Assembly: GCF_001194135.2 (NCBI RefSeq)
Contig: NC_068986.1
Span: 72,445,414-72,509,413 of the forward strand
Source of the DNA: Octopus bimaculoides
Lineage: Eukaryota
Reading direction: 5' to 3'
Length of the DNA stretch: 64,000 nt
Program-made: the position numbers and the translations under genes
In this document: one piece after another, positions 47,147 to 58,869 of the stretch
Layout of the letters: the number at the start of each line of letters is the position of its first letter
Position numbering within the stretch: position 1 is the stretch's first letter
The notes under the pieces: model-generated
The model's database searches: none
What the model was told of the DNA's origin: nothing
The model's input: only the letters and a program-made list of their open reading frames with translations

Positions 47147-48639
47147 TTAAAAGGTAATAGGGTCAGACTTACAGACTGCCAATCCAATTTTCTGGCCAGT
47201 CTCTTCAACAAAATATATTTTTCTCTTGTCCATTGAAATCTTTTAAGGAATTTTTAGATAGCACTTTGTTCTTTTTTTAGCTTGTAAAAATGGTTCATTC
47301 TTAAACGTGTGTGTGTGTGTGTGTGTATGTATGTATATAGATACTGTGTAGACTTTCATCTTTAAAATTAGTAAATAATACTTTTTACAATTTAAAAGAT
47401 AAATATGAATTTTCTTTTCAGACAATATGTTGAGATGATTAATATTTCTTCAGATAGTAGATGACATTATGAAGAGATTCTTCATAATTCATCACAGAAA
47501 TTAGAATTTTTCTCAAGTTTGCAGACTATCTTTCATTTAAATCCTTCAGTTTATTATGTTAAAATGTTATGAAATAATTTCATGATTAATTAGTCTCTTG
47601 TATATTAACATTAATTAAAGATAATTAGTAAATAAACATAAAGTAATTTTAGTTAATGACATGGAAATTATCAAATAATCACATTCTATATTTTTTAATA
47701 GCATTTTCTGACAATGTTGAATTTAGGTACCAAACAGTTCTCAGGTGATTTTTTTTTTTTTTTTTTTTATTAAAAGAAAATGAAATAAATTTTCAACAAT
47801 TTAATAATGTAAACATTAAAACCAAAATGAGAGATTGTGAAACATAAAATGATACTTTAATTGCTAAATATGCGTGGTATATGTTTTGATTTGATGTAAG
47901 CCTATGAGATATACACTATTCTTTATTTTAACATCTTTTAACATCCAGACTGTGATATACAAGTTATTTCTTCAAGATCTATTTTAGTTCTGATATATCT
48001 AAGAATGTACATTTGATAACTCATATTCCATATCCTGCTATGAATTGGTCTGCCAAAATTTATAGAATATTTTCATATATTTGTGAATTTGAGGTTATAA
48101 AATTCTCGCAAAAGCAAATTTCTATAAATTGTGATATATATATATATATATACACATATAATCAATCTATACATGTGTGTCATGTTAAAAGTGTTTTTAA
48201 TTTTAGATCCAATTAAATTATATTGACCAGTCATACATTTTTATAAAGTGGATTTAATTTAAACATTTATTTAAACCAATGTCGACCCACGTTTTTATTT
48301 GATTTCATTTTTATTCTAAGTTAGCAAATGAAGCCTTGTTTTGTTTTGTTTTGTTTTTTTAACAATATATACTTTCTGCTTCTTTTAAATACTTGAAAAA
48401 AATTTGATTGCTTGAATGTGACATTTTTAATTATGTTGAAAAGCATCAAACAATTTGATTTGTTATATAACTCATTTATAGAACCTATGAAATATATTGT
48501 TACTGACATTACTTCATCATTGTTAAATTTCATTGTTTTCAAATAAATTGCTAAGAAGAAAGTTGATCTTTGTTTTTTTATTCTCCACCTTTACTCCTAT
48601 TTTATTTTTATATTACCATTTGTGATTATGTTTCAACAT

Positions 48640-48754
48640 ATGCACAGGCTCTGGTTTCAGATTTATTTCGTGGCACTTTGGGCTAGTATCTTGTACTAAT
48701 AGCCACAGGCAGACTAAAGCCTTGAGGATGAATTTGTTAAGTGGAAACTGACAT

Positions 48755-48835
<81 letters not shown>

Positions 48836-49040
48836 ATTGTCTTTATAATGTTTGTCCACCACCACTATTTGACAATCAGTATTGGTTTATTTACATCCCT
48901 GTAACTTAGTAGTTTATCAGTTTGGTGAAAGAGACCAATAGAATAAGTACCAGTCTTAAAAGATAAATACTGAGGTTGATCTGTATGAGTAAACCCCCTA
49001 AAGGTGGTGCCCAACATCATTGTAGTGCAATGACAAACAA
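48640..49040 (+). mobile_element. SINE family A with expanded central (TG)n(TA)n
   Basis: gtggcactttgggctag...gtggaaactg, (TG)n/(TA)n at 48755-48832, tail ttgacaatc...gtaacttag...aagtaaaagataa. Confidence 0.85.
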
Positions 49041-49104
49041 GTAAAAGATAAACAAAATGCATTCATAATGTTAAGATAATCTTCAGAGATTGTCAGAGAA
49101 TAGA

Positions 49105-49322
49105 TATTCTTTTCCACTCAAGGCAAAAAGCCTGAAATTTTGGGGGAGGCGGGGTAGTCGATCAGATTGACCTCGGTATGCAACTAGTACTTAATCTATT
49201 GACTCCGAAAGGATGAAAGGCAAAGTTGACCTCAGTGGAATTTTAATTCAACATAAAAATAGACGAAATAACGCTAAGCATTGCGCCTGGCCTGCTAACA
49301 TTTCTGCTAGCTCGCTGCCTTA
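49105..49322 (-). mobile_element. SINE family B
   Basis: Complete antisense copy ending gctagctcgctgcctt. Confidence 0.9.
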
Positions 49323-49607
49323 GAGAATAGATATTGTGCAAAGAGTTTGAACTATATAAAATGTCTGTTCATATTGCATGCATACAATGTTTTATTGGTC
49401 TGATCTCTATGATTATTTAGTTGTCTGTTCCAAGAGTCATGCAAAGGTCGAACTTTTGTTTTCTGTTATGTAGTCAAAAAATATTAGGCACTTTAGCAGT
49501 GGAAACAGTGTACATATATATGACATGATAAATAGTTTGGGTAGATGATTTCAGAACTGTTGCAAAATACTATTGCAAAATATAAGAAGTGTTTTATTTC
49601 ATAATAC

Positions 49608-50017
49608 ATGAGAGAAGACCCGGCAAGCCAAGTAAGATCGTTGCCAGTGCCCCTGGACTGGCTCTTGTGTGGGTGGCACATGAGATGCACCATTTTGAGC
49701 ATGGCCGTTGCCAGTACCGCCTGACTGGCTCCCGTAGGATTTTCGAGTGAGATCGTTGCCAGTGCCCCTGGACTGGCTTGTGCGGGTGGCACATAAAAGA
49801 CACCATTTCGAGCTTGGCCGTTTTCATGCGGGTGACACGTAAAAGCACCCACTACACTCTCTGAGTGGTTGGCGTTGGGAAGGGCATCCAGCTGTGGAAA
49901 CTCTGCCAAATTAGATTGGAGCCTGGTGTTGCCATCCGGTTTCACCAGTCCTCAGTCAAATCGTCCAACCCATGCTAGCATGGAGAGCGGACGTTAAACG
50001 ATGATGATGATGATGAT
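49608..50017 (+). mobile_element. 5'-truncated RTE LINE (last codons and tandem-repeat 3' UTR)
   Basis: Starts gagaagacccggcaagccaag (EKTRQAK, end of ORF), then ttgccagtgcc...ggtggcac...caccatt units, ending ccaacccatgctagcatggagagcggacgttaaacg(ATG)n. Confidence 0.88.
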
Positions 50018-51296
50018 GAGGGTGGGCTGAAAAGTTCATAGGCTGATTATGAAGGAGTGATACTAGAGCTGGGAAATCTTACATGCATTAATTTCAACCC
50101 TACTTATTAATAACTGCATTGTTTATTTCCTACTAAACTAACATCTGAGTGTTCAAAGAAGATTTCATAAGTAACTAGTGGCAACTTTTCTTGAAAATGG
50201 GCAAAATTGGGCATTGTGGTGTTATCAAGTACCAACAGAAAAATGGTTTTGTCCCTAAGGAGATTCATGCTGTCATGGTTGCTACATTAGGGATGATGCT
50301 CCATCTTTCTCCATGGTGAAAAAATGAGCAGCTGAATTTAGAAGGGGAAGAGAGAATCTTCATGATGAACCAAAGTCTGGACGTCCTGAAATTGCAACCA
50401 GTGAGGAAAACGTTGATCATGTAAACCACATATCGATGGGAAATAGGCGATTGACTACAAATCAAATAGCCAATGCTATTAGCATATCCCGTGAGAGAAC
50501 TGAGAATATTCTGTGCAATGAACTTGATATGGCAAAGGTTTCTGTGCGATGGGTTCTGCATCTCATGACACCTGATCAAAAGTGCACCAGGCTGATCACA
50601 TTACAGGAAAATTTGATATTGTTTGAGGCAGATACAGCTGGTTTCCTTGAACATTTCCTAACTCAGGATGAGTGTTGAGCCAGAGACAATACATTCAGTG
50701 GAAACACCTCTCTTTACCTGCTCCAAAGAAGTGCAAGGTGGTTTCATCTGCAGGAAAGATGATGGCCTCAGGTTTTTGGGTTGCAAAAGATATTGAGTTT
50801 ACAGACTATCTTAGTAGAGCTACACCATTAATGGAGAGTACTATGCCAACTGCTGAGGCAGTTACAAAAGGCTAACTAAACCAAATGCTTGGGAAAACTG
50901 ATGGAAGTGGTCTTGTTTCATCAGCACAATACTCCAGCACACAAATCCTTGATTTCTTCATGGTCTCAATGGGTGCTGTAAATGACTGGCTTTGAACTGA
51001 CTGATCATCCTCCCTATTCTTCTTATTTGGTCCCATCTTACTATCATCTATTCCCCAACATGAAAACACACTTGACTGAGAACCAGTATCACAGTGATGG
51101 TGACATAATTTATTGTTGATGATTTTTTTTTTGAGCAACAGGATGAAAGCTTCCTCACTAATGGGACCGAAGTACTGCAACACCGATGTAAGAAGTATGT
51201 AGACTGCGTGGGGGACTATGTTAAAAAAGAAACCTCATTTGTTCACTTTCCATGAGAGTCATTTGGTCAGCCTATGAACTTTTTAGCCGACCATAT
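50018..51296 (+). mobile_element. Near-full-length mariner element with decayed transposase (about 50197-51230)
   Basis: TIRs gggctgaaaagttcataggctga / tcagcctatgaactttttagccg; MGKIGH...SGRP...RRLT...RWVLHLMT (WVPHEL-like)...TQDEC (first D); FHQHNTPAH and YSSYLVPSYYHLF are decayed HQDNAPAH and YSPDLAPSDYHLF motifs; stops and frameshifts present. Confidence 0.93.
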
Positions 51297-51299
51297 TAG

Positions 51300-51450
51300 T
51301 TGTAAATTTTGGCACAAGGCCAGCAATTTCAGGGGAGGTAAGTTCATAACATCTACTCCAGGGCTCAACAAGTACTTATTTTATTGACTCCGGAAGGATG
51401 AAAGGCAAAGTTGACCTCGGCAGAATTTGCACTCAGAACATAAAGACAGC
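51300..51450 (-). mobile_element. SINE family B (partial)
   Basis: aaattttggcacaaggcc...ggatgaaaggcaaagttgacctcggcagaatttgcactcagaac, directly after the mariner TIR. Confidence 0.85.
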
Positions 51451-51574
51451 TTAATCATCTTTAATCGTGGGTTTGTTGGATGAGAGCTAAACTATAACAG
51501 ATGTCGAAACTAAAAGTAAAAAGGTAAAGAACAATAACTGCATACAAATTATTTTGACTAGAGTTATCTCCCAT

Positions 51575-52632
51575 TAAAATGAAGAGTTACAATGGTAGAA
51601 AAGTCAGGAGTGGAAGTGGGTGTTCTGAGAGCGTTGCTGCTAGAATAAAAATAGCCTGGCCAAAGTTCAGAGAGCTCCTACTTCTGCTGTTGACTGATGG
51701 TCTCTTGCTCAGAGTGAAAGGTACACTGCATGACGCTTGTGTACAAACAGCCATGCTACATGGCAGTGAAACAGGGGCTGTGACTGCTGAGGACATGTGT
51801 AGGCTTGAAAGAAATGAAGCTAGTATGCTCTGCTGGATGTGTAATGTCAGTGTGTATATACGACAGAGTATAAGCGCCCTGAGAGAAAAGTTGGACATAA
51901 GAAGCATCAGAAGTGGTGTGCAAGAGAGACGACTGTGCTGGAATGGTCATGTGTTGCATATGGATGAGAACAACTGTATGAAGAAGTGTCACACCCTAAC
52001 AGTGGAGGGAACCTGTGGAAGAGATAAACCCAGGAAGACATGGGATGAAGTGGTGAAGCACAGCCTTTGAATGTTGGGCCTCACAGAGACAATGATAAGC
52101 GATTGAGACCTTTGGAGATATGCTGTGCTTGAGAAGACTCGTTAAGCCAAGTGAGATCATACCTGCGGCTGATGCCAGTGTTGCATAACCGGCCTGTTTA
52201 AAACTACCCTTCAATTGTCGAGCAATATGCTGTGCTTGAGAAGACCTGTTGAGTCAAATGCAACCGTAGTCATGGCCGATAGCAGTGCCACCTGGCTGGT
52301 ACCCATGCCGATGGCATGTAAAAAGCACCATTCAAGTGTGGCCAATGCCAGTGCCAGTGGCATGTAAAAAGTACCATTCAAGTGTAGTCGATGCCAGTGC
52401 CGCCTGACTGGCTCCCATGTTGGTGGCATGTAACAAGCAGCATTCGAACATGGCCGATGCCAGTGCTGCCTGACTTGTCCCCGTGCTAGTGGGCCCGTAT
52501 TAAGCACCCACTACACTCTCAGAGTGGTTGGTGTTAGGAAGTGCATCCAGATCAGACTGGCTTGCCAGTCCTCAGTCAAGCCGTCCAACCCATGCCAGCA
52601 TGGAAAGAAGATGTTAAACGATGATGATGATG
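51575..52632 (+). mobile_element. 5'-truncated RTE LINE: C-terminal ORF, 3' UTR and (GAT)n tail
   Basis: 163-aa ORF at 51579-52070 with AWPKFRELL, TAMLHGSET, RRLCWNGHV and GRDKPRKTW (RTE C-terminal motifs), followed by about 66-bp tandem units and the tail ccaacccatgccagcatggaaag...gttaaacgatgatg. Confidence 0.92.
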
Positions 52633-53705
52633 ATATATATATATATATATATACAATGGGCTTCTTTCTGTTTCTGCCTACCAAATCCACACACAAGGCT
52701 TTGATCAACCTGAGACTATAGTAGAAGACACTTGCTCAATGTGTCAGGGAGTGAGACTGAACCTAAAACTAAATGGCTGGAAAGTAAGCCTCTTACCACA
52801 CACCCATGCCTGCACCTATGTCTAAACATTACTTAACATATACAGACGTTCATAGAAAAAAATACGTTTATAAAGGAAAAGCTGGGTAAAAAAAGTACTT
52901 TTGGTATTGAATGAAGCAAACACAATTGCCTACATGGTGAGTTGTTAAACTACAGGATTGAGGTGGAAGCTATTATACAGTCAGGATGTGTAAATGAGCA
53001 GAAGTTGTAGTATCAAATGTAGAAAAGATGCATAGATTGGACTGAGCAGCTAATATTGCAAATCATGTATGACATTAATATCCAAGCTGAAACCATAGGC
53101 AAATTTTGTTAAGGTTATCTGTACAGATATTGTATAGAAATTATAGCCATCACTGACTTTTGTTACTACATTTTGTATTCAGATATGAAACATAGTAACA
53201 AAAATTAGTGCTGGCTATAATTTCTATAGAATCTCTGTAGAGATAATTTTAACAAGTGATGTAAAACTACTTTAGGCCAGGTGTTAAAAAGCTAAAGTAT
53301 GATGGCAGGACTGACCCAGTTGTCTTGCTATAGAAGACATAGGTGGCTACCTCATATTATACAGGAATGGGTAGGAATCGGTGGAAAGAAGATGAAGATG
53401 GTGGTGATTAGGTGTCAGGTGTCAGTACAAAAAAGTGATAAGAGAGAATATCCAATTGGGATGGGGGGTGTGAGTGAATAAGTTCATAGGAGTGTGAGAG
53501 GAGAGTGACAGGTAGTTATGGATGGGGTCAGAAGTTAATATTGTTAATGGTGTACAAGGGTGGAGGTGTGGTCAATAGTAAATAAGTGAAAAGAAGCTTT
53601 TAAAGATGAAGTATGGCAGTCCTAAGATGTTGTTCAGTAGAGAGGGAGAAATACTTGGAGGCAGAGAAAGAGGTGAGCAGTGGAAAACAAAGTGGGAAGG
53701 GATTA

Positions 53706-53920
53706 TATTCTTTTCTACTCTAGGCACAAGGCTCGAAATTTTGGGGGAGGGGCCAGTCGATTAGATCGACCCCAGTACGTAAACTTGTACTTATTTTATC
53801 GACCTCGAAAGGATGAATGGCAAAGTCGACCTCGGTGGAATTTAAACTCAGAAGACAGACGAAATATCACTAAGCATTTCGCCCGGCGTGCTAACCTCTC
53901 TGCCAGCTAGCTGCCTTGGG
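53706..53920 (-). mobile_element. SINE family B (young, CpG-rich); another partial antisense copy at about 54196-54362
   Basis: aaggcaaagtcgacctcggtggaatttaaactcagaa...ttcgcccggcgtgctaac...ctgccagct. Confidence 0.9.
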
Positions 53921-54639
53921 AAGGAATAACATTGAGAAAGAGGAATGGATGTTAAATGCATACTAATATCTTTGCTGTTTGGATAAGAGTCCAGGTTCCA
54001 GGCTCCAGGGAGAGGAGGAGATAACTAGTGGTATAAAGGGAAATAAATATGTATATATTCCGCTATCAGATCATTACAGCAGTTGAATGTGAGGAATACG
54101 CACGCACACACACAGTTGTGCAAAATTCTGACTAAAAAAAAACAAATACTCATATATTAAGTAATAGAATGGGTATGTTATTATTTGTATAATACTGGTT
54201 TCAGATTTTGGCACAAGGCCAGCAATTTCAGTGGAGGGGATACATCGACCCCAGTTACTTATTTTATCAGCCCCGAAAGGATGAAAGGCAAAGTCGACCT
54301 CAACGGAATTTGAACTCAGAGCATAAGGCTGGACGAAATTTTGCTAAACATTTTGCCCGTCGGAATACTATAGTCTCGTGATAACGATTTCATGTCAGAA
54401 ATGAAGAAGCAAATCCAGCATTTAACAGGAATAGCTGAATGAAACAGTGCAGCCTGGACTGAATGCATCATATCCAGTTAATGGGTTAGAGAGACGTAAA
54501 AAAAATCGAAACGGTAATCAGTTGAAAGCACACACATCAAATGCAAAATGAAAGAGATTGGTTTAATTAGTCCTACAGAGTTATGTCCCTTGGATTGGTT
54601 TTTTTTTCCTTTCCAAGTCTACCCCAATATATATTCATT

Positions 54640-55225
54640 CTTTTACATGTTTCAGTCATTTGACTGAGGCCATGCTGGAGCACCACCTTAAAGAGTTTTA
54701 GTTGAATAAATCGACTCCAGGACTTATTCTGTCGTTCTCTTTTACCGAACGACTAAGTTTTAGGGACGTAAACACATCAACATCGGTCATCAAGCAAAGG
54801 TGGGAGGACAAAGACAGACAGAAGACACACACACACACATTTGTATATGTACATACACTACGGACTTCTTTCAGTTTCTGTCTACCAAATCAACTCACAA
54901 GGCTTTGGTCAGCCCAAGGCTATAGTAGAACACACCTGCTAAGGTGCCACACAGTGGGACTGAACCTGGCACCATGTGGTTGGGAAGCAAGCTTCTTGCC
55001 ACAGTGTGTGTATATATATATTAGTCTTTTAGTCATTTACTTGTTTCAGTCTTTAGACTGCAGCCATGATGGGGCACCACCTTGAAGAAGTTTAGTTGAA
55101 CAAATCAACACCAGTGCTTATTTGTTTTAATCTTGCTATTCATTCTATCAGCTTCTTTTACCAAACCACTAAGTTACCGAGACGTAAACATACCAACACC
55201 AGTTGTCAAGCGGTGGTGAGGGACA
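54640..55225 (-). mobile_element. Two tandem antisense SINE A copies (about 54640-55005 complete; about 55020-55225 tail half)
   Basis: Both start tttta(c/g)...gtttcagtc...gccatg...gcaccacctt and contain taagtt....gacgtaaaca; the first has the full head ccaaggtgccacacagtgggactgaacc. Confidence 0.85.
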
Positions 55226-55391
55226 TATTATAATATTAAGGAATGTCAAAATCCAAACTTACAAGGATATTCAATTTAGTAATACCAAACTGAATTTTAT
55301 AATATATATTTTTTATTATAAAATTCAATTTGGTATTACTAAATTGAATATCCTTGTAAGTTTGCATTTGACATTCTCTGATATTATAATA
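55226..55391. repeat. AT-rich foldback palindrome (arms about 78 bp)
   Basis: caaacttacaaggatattcaatttagtaataccaaactgaattttataata pairs with tattataaaattcaatttggtattactaaattgaatatccttgtaagtttg (one mismatch in the core); both strands translate to the same peptide in the ORF track. Confidence 0.92.
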
Positions 55392-55639
55392 TATATATAT
55401 GTACTCTAGTTTGACGCTCGGGAAGGTGAGAAAGTACATGGACTTTTCAGACTCAATGAAAGGAAATTTAACCAACAGCTAACTGAACAAGGAAAATGCG
55501 CATCAGAAAAATGATGTGGTAAATGCTGAAGCAGCAAAGAACTTTTGCTCAGCTATTCGGAGCATAAGGTTCAATTCAAATGGGAAGTAGCTTATAGAAA
55601 TTAAAAGTGAAATGCAAATAGGTCAAGACAAGAAATGAT

Positions 55640-56998
55640 AATTTTACAGAGGAGAAAGTAAAAGAGATGCTTACGAAAATACCATAATGGAAAAGCCTTG
55701 GACCAGTGGTATTCAGAGATTCTAGTTTTAAAATCTCACAAGCATGCACAATTTTATACAACTGTTTCTGACCAACTGTGTAGAAAATGGAACACCAGTA
55801 TCAGTGACAAAAGGAAACAATGTAAATGCAAAAAAAAAAAAAGAAATTAAAAAGGAAGGGAAGTCAGTAATTATAGGTCTCTTACATGTTTACCATGGCT
55901 CTGGAATGTTACTAACAAGCTTCATAGTATATGAATTGCATAGCTTTCTGAAGAAGGAGAATCTATCACTAAAGGAACAGAAGAGATGCAGAAAGAAGTC
56001 AAAGGGAACTACTTATCAATAGCATGATACTAAGTCAGGTATGAATAAGAATGAACTTAGCTGTTAGTTGGACTGATGGTAAAGAAGTATAAGATAATGT
56101 ACTGTACTGCTGGATCATGGAGGATACTCAGGATCAATGAAATATGACATTTTGTTTTTAGAAAAAGCAATGAGATCATGAGAAGTAGAACTAAAATGTG
56201 GAAGTAAGTCATTAACACACTTGAAAATATGCCGGGGGATATTTCAGGGAAACTTGCTTTTCCATTCCTTTTTGTCATTGCATTAATCCCTTTGACTAGC
56301 ATACTGAGAAAATTCAGGCCTGTCTCAGAGCTTGCAAAATAAATCACTTGCTATATATGGATGACCTCATACTATATAACAAAAATAAAGAAGACCTGGA
56401 TTCTGTTATCCAAACAGCAAAGATATTATTATGCATTTTGGGTTAAATAAGTGTGCAATTAATATATGTTCCATGCCAGTGTTGAGATGCTATGCTCCAT
56501 TTTCAAAGCTACTTTAAAGATAATATGCTCCATTTTTTAAAGACAGAGTTACAGGAATTAGACAGAAGAATGAGGAAGCTGCTTACAAAGTAATACTGGC
56601 AGGCTCTATTTACAAAAAAAAAAGAAAGGCATAAATTTGTTAAATGCAAAAGTCATCAGAACTGTGACATTAGGTTGATAAAATTATATTGTGCACAGTG
56701 AAAAAAAAAATATTGTCTGCAGCTAGAAATCTCCAAAAAGTCACTGAAACAGGAAAAGAATTCAAGAATATAGATACAAACAACAAGACAAATAGTTGAC
56801 AAGAGAAGTAATGTTGGAAATAGAGAATGCTGGTCATGACTGTCAGATGGAAATCTAAAACAAGAAACTGAAGTAACTGACTATAGTTGTGCAAGAACAA
56901 ACCATTAAAATGAACCTGATAAAGACAAAAATTAATAAAACTCAGTCAGAGAACAAATGCACAATCTGAGTTAAAGAAGACAAAAGTGTAGTAACGCA
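55640..56998 (+). pseudogene. Decayed R4/Dong-like (RLE-type) non-LTR reverse transcriptase
   Basis: Fragments: WKSLGP, EQKRCRKKSKGT (EQKGCRxxSRGT-like), NLAVSWTD, GIFQG, FVIALIPLTSILRK, INHLLYMDDLILY (YMDD at 56354-56365), FGLNKC, and a remnant C-terminal Cys/His knuckle near 56958-56998. Confidence 0.8.
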
Positions 56999-57865
56999 TG
57001 CGTAGAATTAAACAAGCAAGCGTTTCCCGCTCAATTCATTCTCTTTCACGCTGGCCAGCGATTGAACATGGACGTGTGTTTAAAAGCTGTCCCTACATCT
57101 TTCGGTCTTATACTCGACAGCTCGTTATTCTCACCTCTAAAGATGTATAACTAAAGATATGTATGTTTTACCAAGTAAATAAATGTTGTTTAAGTTGTTT
57201 AGTCTGGAGTTCAGCGTTCCGTCTATTTCTTTAATTTTATAGTAGAAAGTCAGGTATACAATCTAAAGATGTATAACCCACTTTCTACTAAAAAAGTATT
57301 AACCATGTCTTTAGTGATTGCAGTAAGTAAGCACAAAAAGAGTATAAATGCAACCATGACTTGATAGTTAAAAGTGTGCATTGAGATGTTAGCCATGTGT
57401 ATCGATTCAAAGTGACAAAAAGGTGGTATGAACATGAACTGAAGGGAAGAGTGAAAAGGGAGAGAGAGAAGTGTTAACGATGTAAGATTGGGGGGAACAT
57501 ATTAATTGTTATGCTAAGACACTGTGAAACGGTTATTTCAAGGGAGAAACAAAGAAAGAGAGTGTGCTAATGTTGTGAAGGTAAGAGAAAGGTATTGCTA
57601 TCATGTTGTGCGGTTAGTTAGTTGAAGAAAGAGGTAGAAAGTAGAAAGTGAGATATAAATATGTTAAGTGCAGGGGCACGTGGTATAGTTGAAACAAGAG
57701 GTAAAGAGAGAGAGTGAGTGAATGTTGACTGAAAGGAGAGGAAAGCAGTTACATGATTTTAAATGTAGTATTATAGAATATTGTAACAAACAATAAAAAT
57801 AAATTACAGAGATGTACTTGCATAGCAAGTGACCTGATCTGAGATTGCATGCTGAAACAAAAACA

Positions 57866-58156
57866 ATTGCAGCATGGAAAGTGTTTATAAGCCATTTAAA
57901 AACAAAAAAAAAACCTTTAGATTGACTTCAACATTTAAATTTTAATTTACCAAAATATTTTCATTGCTTTGAGACCGCAACCTGATCACTGGCAAAATTT
58001 CGTACTGCATCTGATACAGCACAGAATTTTGTCAGTGATCAGGTTGCAGTCTCAAAGCGACGAAAATATTTTGGCAAATTAGATTTAAATGTTGAAGTGA
58101 ATCTAACAGCTTTTGTGTGTTTTAAAATTATTTATAAACACCTTCCATGCTGCAAT
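57866..58156. mobile_element. Foldback (long inverted repeat) element
   Basis: Arms at about 57866-57999 and 58025-58156 (attgcagcatggaa.gtgtttataa...ttagatt.acttcaacatttaaat...aaaatattttc...tttgagac.gcaacctgatcactg.caaaatt), spacer about 25 nt. Confidence 0.88.
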
Positions 58157-58284
58157 AAAAATAGTTATTGTTACAGTTTTAATGTTTCTATATCTTCAAA
58201 TGCTTGATGTATCTATGTGGATTGATACAAGATGCAAAATATGGCTCAATATACTGACACACAGTTAAGTCAAAGTGAAATCAT

Positions 58285-58752
58285 CGTCTTCATCATCATC
58301 ATTTAACATCCGCTTTCCATGCTAGCATGGGTTAGACAGTTTGACTGAGGACTCGCAAGCCAGAAGGCTACACCAGGTTCCAGTCTGATCTGACAAGGGT
58401 TCTAAAGCAGGATGCCCTTCATAACACCAGCCACTCTGAGAGTGTAGTGGTTGCTTTTTTTCATGCCACTGGCACGGGGGCCAGTCAGGTAACGCTGGCA
58501 TAGACCACGATCCAAATGGTGCTTTTTACATGCCACTGTCACAGGTGCCAGTCAGGCGGCACTGGCATTGGCTACAGCTACGATTTCGTTTCACTCAACA
58601 GGTCTTCTCAAGCACAGCATATAGCTCAACAATTGAAAGGTACTTTTAAATGGGCTGGTTATACATCACTGGCATCTGCCACGGCTATGATGTTATTTGA
58701 CTTACCATGTCTTCTCAATCACAGCATATCTCCAAAGGTCTCAATCGCTTGT
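58285..58752 (-). mobile_element. 5'-truncated RTE LINE 3' UTR
   Basis: (TCA)n tail, ccgctttccatgctagcatgggtt, ggatgcccttc, tandem units, two gtcttctcaa.cacagcatat modules. Confidence 0.88.
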
Positions 58753-58753
58753 G

Positions 58754-58754
<1 letters not shown>

Positions 58755-58840
<86 letters not shown>

Positions 58841-58862
58841 CATGTTAATTGATTGATTGATT
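58755..58862. repeat. Compound tetranucleotide microsatellite (GATA)9(GACA)4(GGCA)9..(GATT)3
   Basis: Read directly from the sequence. Confidence 0.95.
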
Positions 58863-58869
58863 GCCCCTT

